Part shown: one piece after another, positions 38,850 through 49,900 of the stretch | Numbering within the stretch: the first letter of the stretch is position 1 | Layout: each line of letters starts with the position of its first letter | Source: Candidatus Nomurabacteria bacterium | GTDB taxonomy: Bacteria; Patescibacteriota; Dojkabacteria; SC72; JAHDCA01 | Direction: 5' to 3' | DNA length: 64,000 nucleotides | Assembly: GCA_020632395.1 (NCBI GenBank) | Contig: JACKFQ010000001.1 | Location: forward strand, 34,864 to 98,863 | Notes under the pieces: model-generated | Database searches by the model: none | What the model saw: the letters and a program-made list of their open reading frames with translations, nothing else | Told to the model about the DNA's origin: nothing | Program-made: the position numbers and the translations under genes

Positions 38850-40030
38850 GCACACCTGTTTAAAGTTGATGTGATTGAAAAATGGGGCCAAGTGAGACAA
38901 AATGATAATGATCTAAACTATCAATGTCTCAAACATGACCCCAATAGTATCATACAAAGAATTCATAAAAAACGCACGAAACAAAAAGCAGGCAAGAGAA
39001 TTCCTAAAGGCACATATATTAAGAACGGGAGGAAATATATCCCAATCAGCTCATACCTTGAAATGCTCATGGAGGACGATTAAAAAATTGTTGGAAGCAG
39101 ATGATTTGGACTATGAATCAAAAAAAGCTCCAAAAACTATTCCGCACAAAATACCACAATCAACAGAAGAATTGATAGAAGAGTATCACAAGGAGTCTGG
39201 ATACGGTCCTGATATGTTGAAGTTAAATTACAAAATACCTCACTCAACTAGTACAATATGGAGAGTCCTTTCTGAAAAAGGATTAATTCGGCAGGGTGAA
39301 AGAACATATGTTAAAAAGAAAAAGAATTCTCATATTAAGTGGAAACTTAAAGCGTTTGAGAAATGGCAACTTGATACAAAATATCTTGACGATATCCCAA
39401 ATCTGATCGGCCCAATACAACAAGGTTTCCTACCAAGGTACGAGTACACTTTAAGAGATATGACTACTGGAACAACATTCTTAGGATATGGTTTAAAGGA
39501 GAGATCTGTATATTGTACTTGCTCTTTTGTAGCATTGGCTATGTACCATATGCAGTTACATGGAATCGATACTCACTATGTAACGATACAATCTGATAAT
39601 GGTCCTGAGATTATTGGTGGGATAAATAAGTCTGGAAATTACAGTATTGAAGATATCGTTGAGGGACAGTTTGGGGCAAGATTTAAGACAATACCTATTA
39701 GAAAACCTACTTTTAATTCCCATGTGGAGAGTTTCCATGGGAGAATAGAGTATGAACTTTATGAAAGAATGAATATCTGTTCGGATACTAATTTCGTAAA
39801 GGAGGCTAGGGATTTTGAATTACACTGGAATACAAGAAGGAAAACTTTGGGAAGGAAGAAGACTCCTGAATGTATAGCAAGAGAAAGTGGGTTTCTTCTT
39901 TCTGAGTGCTTTTACAATTTCCCTGTGTTAATATTTGATATCATTCCTCACAAGGAATCTATGCATTATCTACCCGATGACCTCATAGGATATATTTTTT
40001 CCTGATACCGTTTATTTGACGGAGATCATC
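38850..40030 (+). mobile_element. Insertion sequence with a single-ORF DDE transposase, IS481/IS3-like (boundaries approximate)
   Basis: Transposase ORF plus about 80 bp 5' and about 25 bp 3' flanks. Ends start TGT.../...ACA with weak imperfect inverted repeats. The right end overlaps the last codons of the adjacent M23 gene. Confidence 0.5.
38935..40005 (+). CDS. DDE (rve-type) transposase with N-terminal HTH
   Basis: HTH region (GGNISQSAHTLKCSWRTIKKLLE). Catalytic triad candidates WQLDTKY, IQSDNGPE and SHVESFHGRIE. Confidence 0.8.
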   Translation: MTPIVSYKEFIKNARNKKQAREFLKAHILRTGGNISQSAHTLKCSWRTIKKLLEADDLDYESKKAPKTIPHKIPQSTEELIEEYHKESGYGPDMLKLNYKIPHSTSTIWRVLSEKGLIRQGERTYVKKKKNSHIKWKLKAFEKWQLDTKYLDDIPNLIGPIQQGFLPRYEYTLRDMTTGTTFLGYGLKERSVYCTCSFVALAMYHMQLHGIDTHYVTIQSDNGPEIIGGINKSGNYSIEDIVEGQFGARFKTIPIRKPTFNSHVESFHGRIEYELYERMNICSDTNFVKEARDFELHWNTRRKTLGRKKTPECIARESGFLLSECFYNFPVLIFDIIPHKESMHYLPDDLIGYIFS

Positions 40031-41381
40031 TCAAGTGCAAATACATTGAGGTTTCTCCATTACCATGATCAACTAGCACATATTTACCACCACAAGCATC
40101 AGTGAGGACTTTAGTCACAAAACCATCTTTGATAGCACGAATTGGAGCGCCTGTCCCTCTTGTCGGTATTGGTAAAGATTCACGATATAAACCATAACAG
40201 CTGATAGGAGGTACTGTGATCCAACTTCCCGGTTGCTCACCACTAGTGTGACTGACAAAATCGACAGCATAGTATGATCCAATGTACTCATGAGGGAATT
40301 GCGAAACGTATCCACCATCAACAGGTACTTCACAGTTGATACTACTGGCATAAGTTCCATACGATATATGAAGACAGTTAATGTTTGGATTTGTCACAAC
40401 TCCATTGACTCGATATTCGAAATGAAGATGTGAGCCGTAAGAGAATCCGGTGAATCCCTGAAATCCAAGTATATCTCCTTTTTCTACAGGGGTATTTGCC
40501 TCTATAGTACCACTTCTAAATAGCTCGAAGATGAGTTGAGTGATCTGTTGGGTCGCTTGATTGGCTGCGGCCTCAAGTTCATCGTAACGAGTGCGATATT
40601 CATCTTCCCTGCGCTGACTTTCTGAGAGAAGAGCCTGATATGAACTTTTTTGGGATGCAAGCTCCTCCTTCTCATCAAATAGGTCAGCTCTGTCTCCTTC
40701 TGCTTCAAGCTGAACCTTCTTTACCTCTTCCTTCTTTTCCTGTAGTTTTGCCTGTTCTGATTCTAAGAAAGATATCTGCTCTCCCATACTCCCTAATAGC
40801 TCTGCATCTTTTTCCTTAAGATCTTTGAGATATTGGATCCTTCTAAGAAGATTGTCTAACTCGTTTGAATTCAAGAATAGCTCGAAAGTAGATATTGAAC
40901 TGTATTTATACGACATATTGATTCGCTTCTTGATCTTTGCTTTTATTAGTTCGATCTCTTGTGCAATGGTATCCAGTGAGGTTTGTTTTGATTCGATATC
41001 TCTATTGAGTATCCTTATTTCGGTAGCTTTCTGCTCAAGTTGAACTTCAAGCTCCTCGATCGTTTTCTCACGTGCTGCTATTTGCGAATATGTGTAGCTG
41101 ATCTTTTGATACAGATCAAGCTGTTCGTACTCTTCTTGTGAGATCTGAGAGTCTAGTTTCTGTTTCTCATCCGATAACTGTTTTGCTAGATCTTGCAGGT
41201 AGTCTAGACATTCATAATCATCCATATAATCAGGACAAGTAGCATCCACAGCTTCCACAGGCTTTACTAGATCACTCTCAGAACTGTAGAGTATATGAAA
41301 GAAGCCTATTGCTAAAAGGGGAAGCGCGAGAAACCCAGATATTCTTCTTAATTGAGGGAATTTCATCAGTTTGAAGATCAT
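40026..41381 (-). CDS. EnvC-like coiled-coil M23 (LytM) peptidase, 3' end apparently supplied by the IS end
   Basis: Signal/TM; about 250-aa coiled coil; HLHFE motif (GFTGFSYGSHLHFEY) precedes the HxxxD motif (VLVDHGNGETSMYLHL). The ORF stops immediately after YLHL, inside the predicted IS terminus. Confidence 0.7.
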   Translation of the reverse strand: MIFKLMKFPQLRRISGFLALPLLAIGFFHILYSSESDLVKPVEAVDATCPDYMDDYECLDYLQDLAKQLSDEKQKLDSQISQEEYEQLDLYQKISYTYSQIAAREKTIEELEVQLEQKATEIRILNRDIESKQTSLDTIAQEIELIKAKIKKRINMSYKYSSISTFELFLNSNELDNLLRRIQYLKDLKEKDAELLGSMGEQISFLESEQAKLQEKKEEVKKVQLEAEGDRADLFDEKEELASQKSSYQALLSESQRREDEYRTRYDELEAAANQATQQITQLIFELFRSGTIEANTPVEKGDILGFQGFTGFSYGSHLHFEYRVNGVVTNPNINCLHISYGTYASSINCEVPVDGGYVSQFPHEYIGSYYAVDFVSHTSGEQPGSWITVPPISCYGLYRESLPIPTRGTGAPIRAIKDGFVTKVLTDACGGKYVLVDHGNGETSMYLHLR

Positions 41382-42307
41382 CTACTCTTCAAATTTAGAT
41401 TTTTCATAACTGCAAATGAACTACTTGCAAAGCCTACCAAAGCTCCAACAATTCCATGTACACCAAAGAACAGTATTACAAATTTCAGATCAAATGATCG
41501 AAGATAATTCAGGTCTAACTCTGTGGCCAATTGTGTCAGGATGAACTTGATATTTGAATCAGAACTACTACCGACTAGAAGATACCATGGGATAATGATC
41601 AAACCTGCTGCTATAAGCGAACCGACAGTAGTATACACAACCCCTTCGAGTATATATGGCAATTTGATATACGAATCATTACTTCCCACTAGGTGCATGA
41701 TCTCGATCTCCTTATGGTGGGCATTTATGTTGAATGCGATAGTGATGAAAACTAGAGAAAGTGTAATTACTGAGAATATTGAGATGATGCCTATCGCACC
41801 ATATCTGATAGCATTAGATATAGATCTGAGCTGTTTGACTACATCTTCATGATATACAACCTCTTCAATGTAAGGGTTTGTCCTTTGTTCTTCCTTAACC
41901 TGATCGGTGATGTACTCTAGATCGGTCAATGAAGATGCTCGTACCTCTAGACTGGCAGGTAGCCAGTCTGCAGACACGGAATCAATCAATTCGGGGTCAT
42001 CGGAATAGTAGTCAAGATACAATGCAAGAGCTTCTTCTTGTGTGATATATGTGACCTCCTCTATTCCATTTAGTTTTTCGAGTTTATCTCTAACGCTTGA
42101 AATCTGAGATTCAGGTGTATCAACTTCGAAATAGATCTGTAACTGGGCTTTGGTTTCAGAGATCCTTACTGCTTGTTGTGCCATGAATGAAACTGCGATG
42201 AAGAATGATGCAGTAGCAAAAACTATCGTTGCTACGAGGATAGTGGCAATTGAGAGCCACCTGTTCCTCAAAATGTTCTTTCCAGTATTTGCAATTATCC
42301 CTGACAT
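41378..42307 (-). CDS. ftsX: Cell division permease FtsX
   Basis: N-terminal TM, periplasmic domain, three C-terminal TM helices. Immediately downstream of ftsE with overlapping stop/start. Confidence 0.85.
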   Translation of the reverse strand: MSGIIANTGKNILRNRWLSIATILVATIVFATASFFIAVSFMAQQAVRISETKAQLQIYFEVDTPESQISSVRDKLEKLNGIEEVTYITQEEALALYLDYYSDDPELIDSVSADWLPASLEVRASSLTDLEYITDQVKEEQRTNPYIEEVVYHEDVVKQLRSISNAIRYGAIGIISIFSVITLSLVFITIAFNINAHHKEIEIMHLVGSNDSYIKLPYILEGVVYTTVGSLIAAGLIIIPWYLLVGSSSDSNIKFILTQLATELDLNYLRSFDLKFVILFFGVHGIVGALVGFASSSFAVMKNLNLKSR

Positions 42308-42312
42308 GATGA

Positions 42313-43131
42313 TCAGCTCTCCTTTGTACTTTTAATTTTAGTATCTTTTTTGCTCACAGATCTTTTTGAGATCTCTTTTTTGTTTTGAATTGCTTCCTTA
42401 TCCTTTTCTATCATTATCGTAAGCCCCTTTTTGTTTTTGGTATTTCCGTTCTCATATTTACTCTTTTTGGCATCTTCAACTATTTTTCCATCTTCCATTC
42501 TGATCACTCTCGTATTCATAGCATCCACGATCTTAGTATCATGGCTTACTACCATTACTGTAGTACCCCATGAATTGATCATTTTCAATAGCTCTAGGAT
42601 CTCGAGTGAGGTGTTTGGATCGAGGTTTCCGGTGGGCTCATCAGCAATAAAGAGTTTTGGATTATTTGCTAATGCTCTGGCTATAGCTGTTCTTTGCATT
42701 TCGCCTCCAGAAAGTTCCTCAGGGAATAACTTCGCTCTTTTATCTAGTCCTACAAGTTTTAATAGATACCAGCTTGTTTCAATTATCTCGGCTTTTGGTT
42801 TACGAGCGATCTCAAGAACAAATTGCACATTCTCTTCGACTGTTTTACTTGGGATGAGTTTAAGATCCTGAAAGACAACTCCGAGTTGTTGTCGATATAG
42901 CGAAAGCATTTTTCTAGGGATTCTTGTCACATCTATATCTTCAAACAGGATATTGCCTTCTGTTGGGAATTCCTCACGGATAAGTAATCGTATAAGTGTA
43001 GATTTTCCGGCACCACTTGGACCAACGACAAAGAAAAATTCTCCATCTTCCGCCTTGAATTCGACATCTTCTATTGCAACGATATCGTTCTTATACTTTT
43101 TAGTCACTTTGTTGAAATGTATCATGCTCAA
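42313..43131 (-). CDS. ftsE: Cell division ABC ATPase FtsE
   Basis: Walker A GPSGAGKST, signature LSGGEMQR, Walker B IADEPTGNLD; Lys-rich C-terminal tail. Confidence 0.9.
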   Translation of the reverse strand: MSMIHFNKVTKKYKNDIVAIEDVEFKAEDGEFFFVVGPSGAGKSTLIRLLIREEFPTEGNILFEDIDVTRIPRKMLSLYRQQLGVVFQDLKLIPSKTVEENVQFVLEIARKPKAEIIETSWYLLKLVGLDKRAKLFPEELSGGEMQRTAIARALANNPKLFIADEPTGNLDPNTSLEILELLKMINSWGTTVMVVSHDTKIVDAMNTRVIRMEDGKIVEDAKKSKYENGNTKNKKGLTIMIEKDKEAIQNKKEISKRSVSKKDTKIKSTKES

Positions 43132-43168
43132 TATTGGATCCTAAACAAATTCATCTGATAGATACATA

Positions 43169-44248
43169 TTATCCGATTCTGATTTCTGCTTCAATGAATT
43201 CATTAAGATCTCCGTCAAGAACATTGTCCGGATCAGTACGCTCAACACCAGTGCGAAGATCTTTTACTAATTTGTATGGATGTAATACATAATTTCTTAT
43301 CTGGTTGCCCCAACCCGCTACTTTATGCTCTCCCTTGATCTTGTTTATTTCATTTTCTCTTTTTTCTTCTTCTAATTGCCACAACTTTGCTTTAAGTATC
43401 ATCATCGCCTTTTCGCGATTTCTCTGTTGACTCCGACTTTCTGAATTATGTACGGTCAAGCCTGTTGGTAAGTGTGTTATCTGAACTGCAGTTGAGGTTT
43501 TATTCACATGCTGACCTCCTGCGCCACCCGATCTTACAGCTTTGAATTCAATGTCCGAATCAGGGATGACGATATCCTCATCGTCATCTATAACTGGGGT
43601 GACCTCCACACCTGCAAATGATGTTTGACGCAGATTTTGAGAATTAAATGGAGATAGTCTGATAAGTCTGTGAGCACCCGCCTCCTTTTTGAGCAAACCA
43701 AAGCAGTAATCTCCAGATACTATCATGGTCACAGTAGATATACCTGCTTCATTCCCTTGTACCATATGCTGGGTCTCAACCGTCCAACCCTGTCTCTCAA
43801 AATATCGCAGATACATCCTATAAAGCATTTCTGCCCAATCATTGGCCTCTGTTCCTCCTTGACCTGAGTGGATCGAGATGATCGCATCAGCAGTGTCATA
43901 TTTACCTGATAAATACTTGAAGGTTTGAAAGCTTTCTACATCATTTTTTAATGAATCGTATTCGATCTGTAGCATATCTAAGTCACTTTCTCCTGACATC
44001 TCGTATAGCTCCAGCAAACTTTCACCTCGTTTTTCGAGTGATCTGATCGTCTCTACCTCCTTACGGAGATGTTCGAGCTCACGCATGATCTTTCGAGCTT
44101 TTTCTTGCTCGTTCCAGAAACCATCTTCCATGCTTAAAGTTTCTAGTTCACCTATCCTTGATATCTTGGTATCAACGTTCATATCAAGTTTGGTATCGTC
44201 GATCTGCTTATTGATTTCTGTAAGTAAGTCTTTGCTTATTTGTTCCAT
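43169..44248 (-). CDS. prfB: Peptide chain release factor 2
   Basis: SPF motif (LSPFNS), GGQ motif (GGAGGQHVNKT). Contiguous ORF with no +1 frameshift site. Confidence 0.9.
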   Translation of the reverse strand: MEQISKDLLTEINKQIDDTKLDMNVDTKISRIGELETLSMEDGFWNEQEKARKIMRELEHLRKEVETIRSLEKRGESLLELYEMSGESDLDMLQIEYDSLKNDVESFQTFKYLSGKYDTADAIISIHSGQGGTEANDWAEMLYRMYLRYFERQGWTVETQHMVQGNEAGISTVTMIVSGDYCFGLLKKEAGAHRLIRLSPFNSQNLRQTSFAGVEVTPVIDDDEDIVIPDSDIEFKAVRSGGAGGQHVNKTSTAVQITHLPTGLTVHNSESRSQQRNREKAMMILKAKLWQLEEEKRENEINKIKGEHKVAGWGNQIRNYVLHPYKLVKDLRTGVERTDPDNVLDGDLNEFIEAEIRIG

Positions 44249-44268
44249 TTGAGTATTATATCATCAGT

Positions 44269-45936
44269 ATGTTTGAGAAATTCATTAAAATTGTAAGATC
44301 TCCGATCGAGTCTACATCAGTCAAGGATGTTAGGAAAGACCTTGTAGTTTTGATCATCATGGATGGTTTAGGTATACATCCTGATCCTTTAGGAAATGCA
44401 GTACTTCAAGCACGTACTCCATTCTTGGATGTTGCATGGAGCAAGGGTTTCAGTACATTGATCCATGCATCGGGTGTACATGTAGGTCTTCCTGAATTGG
44501 AGAATGGGAATTCTGAGGTTGGTCATCTAAATATCGGTTCTGGACAGGTAGTCTACCAATCACTACCCCGTATCAATGATGCCATAAAGAATGGGACATT
44601 CCATGAAAACCCAATAATTGCTGAGGCGATAAAAAAAGTGAAATCTGGATCCGGCACCGGTTCTAGGATGCACCTGATGGGTGTGCTTAGTGATGGTGGG
44701 GTACATGGGCATATTGAGCACCTCTTTGCTTTGTTACAGATCTGCAAAGATTTTGAGATAGATCCTGTTGTTCATGTTTTTCTAGACGGTAGGGATACAG
44801 GTCTTACGACTGGTTATGGTTATGTGGAGAAACTCTTAAAAAAGTTCCAGGATCTAGGTATTGGTAGGATCGGGTCTGTATCTGGGCGCTTCTATGCTAT
44901 GGATAGGGATAAGAGGTGGGAAAGGACACAGATGGCCTATGATGCTATCAGGGGTACTTCCAAGAAGGTAGCAACTGATCCGCTCGATGCCATCAAGAAA
45001 GCATATGCAGATGGAGAGAATGATCAGATCTTTACTCCTCTAACTATAGTAGATATGGAGGGGAATCCGCTAGGAGCTGTCCAAGATGGAGATGTCGCTC
45101 TTTTCTACAACTTTAGAGAAGATCGTGCAAGACAGCTGACAAAAGCTTTTGTCATGGAAGATTTTCCAAATATCGAAAAAGAGAAAGAGCTTAGGGATCT
45201 GATGTTTGTGACAATGACAGGTTATGAGGATGGATTACCAACGAAGGTTGTGTTCCCTCCAAAGAAGATCGAGGAATCATTAGCACGAGCTATCTCAAAT
45301 AAAGGGTTAAAACAGCTACATATCAGTGAAACGGAGAAGTATATGCATGTCACATATTTCTTCAATGGTGGTATAGAAGAGCCACATGCTGGTGAGGACT
45401 TCTTTAATATTCCTTCACCAAGGGTTTTTGATTATTCAGAGACACCAGAGATGAGTGCAGGTGTCATTAGGGATGAAGTTATCTATCGTATCAATCGAAA
45501 TAAGGATTTTGACTATTCATTCATTATCATGAATTTTGCGAATCCGGATATGCTCGGACATACTGGAAATCTCGAACAAACGATCAAAGCGAATGAATTT
45601 ATCGATGAATGTGTAAGGGATGTCGCAACAGCGACTCTCAAAGCTGATGGCTGTGCGATCATAATCGCTGATCACGGAAACTGTGAGACGATGATCAATC
45701 GTGAAGATGGTACTATCAACACTTATCACACAAATAATCCCGTGCCATTTATTCTACTAAGTCGAATGTCTCAGATAACTCATCAACCAGGTGATAACAT
45801 TATGAAATTAGGTACAGGTAGAGATGTGCCGGTTTCTGGTCTATTAGCTGATGTGGCTCCTACGGTATTGTCTGTATTGGGCATTGAGACTCCTGATAGT
45901 ATGACTGGTTTGGATCTACTTGGGGTAATGGGCTGA
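44269..45936 (+). CDS. gpmI: 2,3-bisphosphoglycerate-independent phosphoglycerate mutase
   Basis: IIMDGLG, SEVGHLNIGSG, about 555 aa, iPGM domain order. Confidence 0.92.
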   Translation: MFEKFIKIVRSPIESTSVKDVRKDLVVLIIMDGLGIHPDPLGNAVLQARTPFLDVAWSKGFSTLIHASGVHVGLPELENGNSEVGHLNIGSGQVVYQSLPRINDAIKNGTFHENPIIAEAIKKVKSGSGTGSRMHLMGVLSDGGVHGHIEHLFALLQICKDFEIDPVVHVFLDGRDTGLTTGYGYVEKLLKKFQDLGIGRIGSVSGRFYAMDRDKRWERTQMAYDAIRGTSKKVATDPLDAIKKAYADGENDQIFTPLTIVDMEGNPLGAVQDGDVALFYNFREDRARQLTKAFVMEDFPNIEKEKELRDLMFVTMTGYEDGLPTKVVFPPKKIEESLARAISNKGLKQLHISETEKYMHVTYFFNGGIEEPHAGEDFFNIPSPRVFDYSETPEMSAGVIRDEVIYRINRNKDFDYSFIIMNFANPDMLGHTGNLEQTIKANEFIDECVRDVATATLKADGCAIIIADHGNCETMINREDGTINTYHTNNPVPFILLSRMSQITHQPGDNIMKLGTGRDVPVSGLLADVAPTVLSVLGIETPDSMTGLDLLGVMG

Positions 45937-46145
45937 TCATAGAGAATTTTCAATATCAGACATCTACTTCATCTCTCCTCGACGAAATATCTAGCTAAAG
46001 AAGCATTTGTACTAGTAATTAAGCTATCAGTTCGATGGCGGTATGTCGGTGCAATGGCGATATATATGTTCAATGCCTATATTTCGATTGAGTTTTTGTA
46101 GCTTAGCTCAAACGCTGTAGATTAGTTCAGTGGCTTTAGCACGGT

Positions 46146-46808
46146 TCAATTCCAATCGATAGGTTCAATATCTTTCAATATCAGGAATTTATTAGTTTTA
46201 CTGAAATGTTTATTTCCAAAAAAACCGCGATGTGCTGATAGGGGGGATGGATGTGCTGATCTCAATACGTAATGCTTCTCCTCATCGATAACCTCACCCT
46301 TTTTCTGGGCGTACGAACCCCAAAGTAAGAATACAAGGTCTGTTTTCTCATCAGAAAGTTTTCTGACAACCGCATCAGTAAACTCCTCCCATCCTTTTCC
46401 TTGATGTGAACCAGCCTGGCCCTCGCGTACTGTCAATGTAGCATTCAGAAGTAAAACTCCTTGTTTTGCCCATCGACTCAGATCTCCGTTCTTGTTTACA
46501 GAGATCCCAAGATCGTCTTCAATTTCTTTATAAATATTTTGAAGTGAAGGTGGTAAAGCAAGGTCTTTTGAAACAGAGAAGCTGAGACCATTTGCTTGCT
46601 TGGGTCCGTGATATGGGTCTTGACCTAAGATCACAACCTTAACTTTCTCTAAAGGGCATGAATCAAAAGCATTAAATATCTTCGGGCCGGGTGGGTAAAC
46701 TGTGTGAGATCTGTATTCTTGTTTAATAAATTTGATCAGGTTACGAAAATATTCGCTCTGAAAATCATCTTTTAATAGTTCCTGCCAACTTTGCTCTATC
46801 TTTATCAT
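46146..46808 (-). CDS. ung: Uracil-DNA glycosylase (family 1)
   Basis: LGQDPYHGP...ANGLSF, LLLNATLTV, HPSPLSA motifs. Confidence 0.92.
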   Translation of the reverse strand: MIKIEQSWQELLKDDFQSEYFRNLIKFIKQEYRSHTVYPPGPKIFNAFDSCPLEKVKVVILGQDPYHGPKQANGLSFSVSKDLALPPSLQNIYKEIEDDLGISVNKNGDLSRWAKQGVLLLNATLTVREGQAGSHQGKGWEEFTDAVVRKLSDEKTDLVFLLWGSYAQKKGEVIDEEKHYVLRSAHPSPLSAHRGFFGNKHFSKTNKFLILKDIEPIDWN

Positions 46809-46981
46809 CTTCGATTATATCATCCTGTAGCAACCTGTAGTCTGAAGTCTTTGGAGGAGGTCGAATATATGCCTTTATATCAATGTTAAAGTGTCTTATT
46901 TGAGCGGTGTGGTTCTTTGACTTATAGATGAATAATCAATAAGATGTAAATAGCTGAATATATAGAATAACTACGTAGAAA

Positions 46982-49900
46982 ATGAATAGATTCAGTAAGA
47001 GAATACCGGTTGCGTATCATGGTGTTCTGTTACTTGTCGTATTTTTTGGTATCACGACTCTGACAGGAGCTAGATTGGTGCGCGCCCAAACCGCAGAAAC
47101 CCTAAATTTCCAGGGTAAAATTGTCCGCAATGATTCGGGCAATGTTGGCATCAACGTATCATCCTCAGAAACTACATGTATCTCCGGCGGTGCCGACAGC
47201 TGTGACTTCAAAGTTGTGTACTACGATGCTTCTACAGGAGGCAACACACTTGGTACTGAACAATTTTCAAATATTGAGATCGGTGCATACGACGGCGTCT
47301 TCAATCTCCCGCTTGGTGCTGGTGATACATGGACAGCTGGTACAGAAACGACATTTTTGGATATCTTCATAAATAATTCGACTGTTTATGCTCAGGTGCA
47401 TTTTGATAAGGAGGGCGATGCCTATCCGGGAGGAGCGTATTCGGATGCATTTGGTAGGATGGCCGTCAGAGCAGCACCTTTTGCGATACGGGCAAATAGT
47501 GCAGATAATATCAATGGATTTGGTGAGGATAATTTTGTGCAGTTTGCACCTTCGGGTGTACAAACCGACACCAGCACATCAAGTTCTATCTTCATCAATA
47601 AAACTGGCGGGAGTGGAAATATCCTCCAATTACAAAAAAGTGCTGCTGATGTCTTTGTGATCGACAACTCAGGAAATGTGGGGATAAACACAACTACACC
47701 TGAATCGTTGTTAGATGTCTATGCAGGTGTGGTCGGTGACATTTTTGAACCAGCGATTACACTTAGGGCAGAGGATGCCCTAGCAGGAGGAAATCCCGAA
47801 CTGCGATTAGGGTTTGACTACGACTACCTTACGGGAGGTTTCAATGCAATAACATTTGAAAGTTACGAACCTCTTGCTGGTGGTGAGGGACATTTTATCT
47901 TCAGATCATCAGGAACTCTTTCTCCATATCGAGTAGAAATTAGAAACGGGTCTCTTATGACTACGGAGGATCTAATGATTGGTGGTGATACACCTCTCAC
48001 ATCGATGTTCTCTGTTGACCAGTCAGCCGGAATTATTTACTTAGGTGCAGATCAATCAGCGAACCCAATTTTAAGATTTGAAGCGACTGATAACGATACC
48101 GCAGATTTTGGATTTAATACTAACGACTCATTTTACTTTACAGGAGGCAATCTAGGTATCGGCGACACCTCCCCAGCCTCCGCCCTCACAGTAGGCAATG
48201 GTGACCTCTTCCAGGTAAACAGTAGTGGACAGATAGCAGCAGCAGCAGGTATCACGAGTAGCGGAACTATAACGTTTAGTGGACTGTCTAATGGAGTTGT
48301 CACGGTTTCATCCGGAGTATTAAGTGGAGGCACTATCGGTGCATCATTTATAACGGCAGACTCTCTTGATTTCACAGAGTTCAAAGATTCCCTAGCACTA
48401 GATGCAAGTACAGATATCGCGGTAGATGGTACAGAGGTATTTTCGATAACTAATACAGGTACGGGTAATAGTTTCCAAGTGAATGATGCGGGATCGGATA
48501 CGACACCGTTCATTATTGACGCGAGTGGTAATGTAGGGATAGGGGTAACGAGTGCATCATACCCACTAGATGTCAACAAATCATTCAGTGCCGGAAGTGG
48601 AAACACGCAAGCTGTATATATTTATGCAAATAGAGGTTTATTGAGTGATCTAGAGACCGGAAATCACATTGGGGTTTTTGTTGATACAAGACTCGATGAT
48701 CAGACTGTAAGTAGTAGGCGGTTGAATGCAAATACAAGAGGAATCTCTTCCTCGATATCATTCCAAAATTCTGCAACAAATTATGGATCGGCTATAGTAT
48801 TTCATGCGACTACAGTGAATTATAACTCTTCAGGAACACCAAACGGTCGTCTTTCATTTTTTGAGGCTGAAATTGGTGCTGGTGCTGCTAGGTATGGAGA
48901 TGTCTACGGCTTAAGGATCAACTCTCTATCAGGTATCTCAGGTACCGCATATGGTGTGTATGTGACTGATGGAAAAAGCTATTTTGGTGGGCAAGTCGGT
49001 GTTGGTACTTCCTCGCCAAGTTCGACATCGATGTTGCATGTTAGTGGTGCGGACAGTAACTTGATAGGTCTAATCGCTGGATCAACAAAAGGAGTCAGAA
49101 TAGGAGCTGATAGTACCGGAGGAAGGATTGGAGGTGTCGACCAAACAGGTGCTGCATCTGATCAGCCATTGACCATAACAGGTACGTACATTAGTTTCGG
49201 TTTACCTTCTGAGGCAATGCGTTTAGCTTCCGGAGGCAATCTAGGTATCGGCGACACCTCCCCAGCTTCCGCCCTCACAGTAGGCAATGGTGACCTCTTC
49301 CAGGTAAACAGTAGTGGACAGATAGCAGCAGCAGCAGGTATCACGAGCAGCGGAAATATAACGTTTAGCGGATTGACTGCAGATAGGTTGGTTGCGACAA
49401 CTACGGGCGGGCAATTAACGAATACGTTGTCCTCTGCAAATCTTGCTCTATCTATTTCAGATGAGACAGGGTCGGGTTTATTAGTATTTGGAACTAGTCC
49501 TACATTTACAACAAGTATTACAACTCCACAGGTGACATACGCAGGAGGTACACTATCAATTCAGACCACAGACTCAAATGCGATCAGTTTGAACTCAGGT
49601 AGCGATACGATCGTCCTAGGGACAAGCAATACTTCTGGAGATGATCTGCTCATACCTGATAGGATCAGTGACTGGGACAATGGTGCATACTATCTCGATC
49701 CTAGTAGCACATCTGTATTGGTAAACCTAACTGTCACAACATCTGAGAATAAGACCAGTGCCACGACTCCTCTACTTTTGGGTGGGTCATTAGCAGCTTC
49801 GAACCTTATCATCCAAAGTACCTCAGGTAACGGTTCAGGGGACTTTATTTCACTACGAGTCGGAAATAACGGAGCTACAGAAGCGATCAGAGTAGTGAGT

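Noticed and set aside
38871-39083. 70-aa ORF as an IS3-style orfA upstream of the transposase
   Set aside because: The 356-aa transposase ORF already contains the HTH domain, and the small ORF is out of frame with no frameshift motif. It is probably a leader region.
40026-41381. Calling the M23 gene a pseudogene
   Set aside because: The ORF is intact with a plausible signal peptide and is still in the ftsEX operon. Only the motif order and the IS-provided stop are unusual, so it is kept as CDS with a flag.
48133-49380. Near-identical ~150-bp segments as a DGR template/variable repeat pair
   Set aside because: Both copies lie inside the same ORF, mismatches are not adenine-specific, and there is no reverse transcriptase nearby. 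It is an intragenic duplication.
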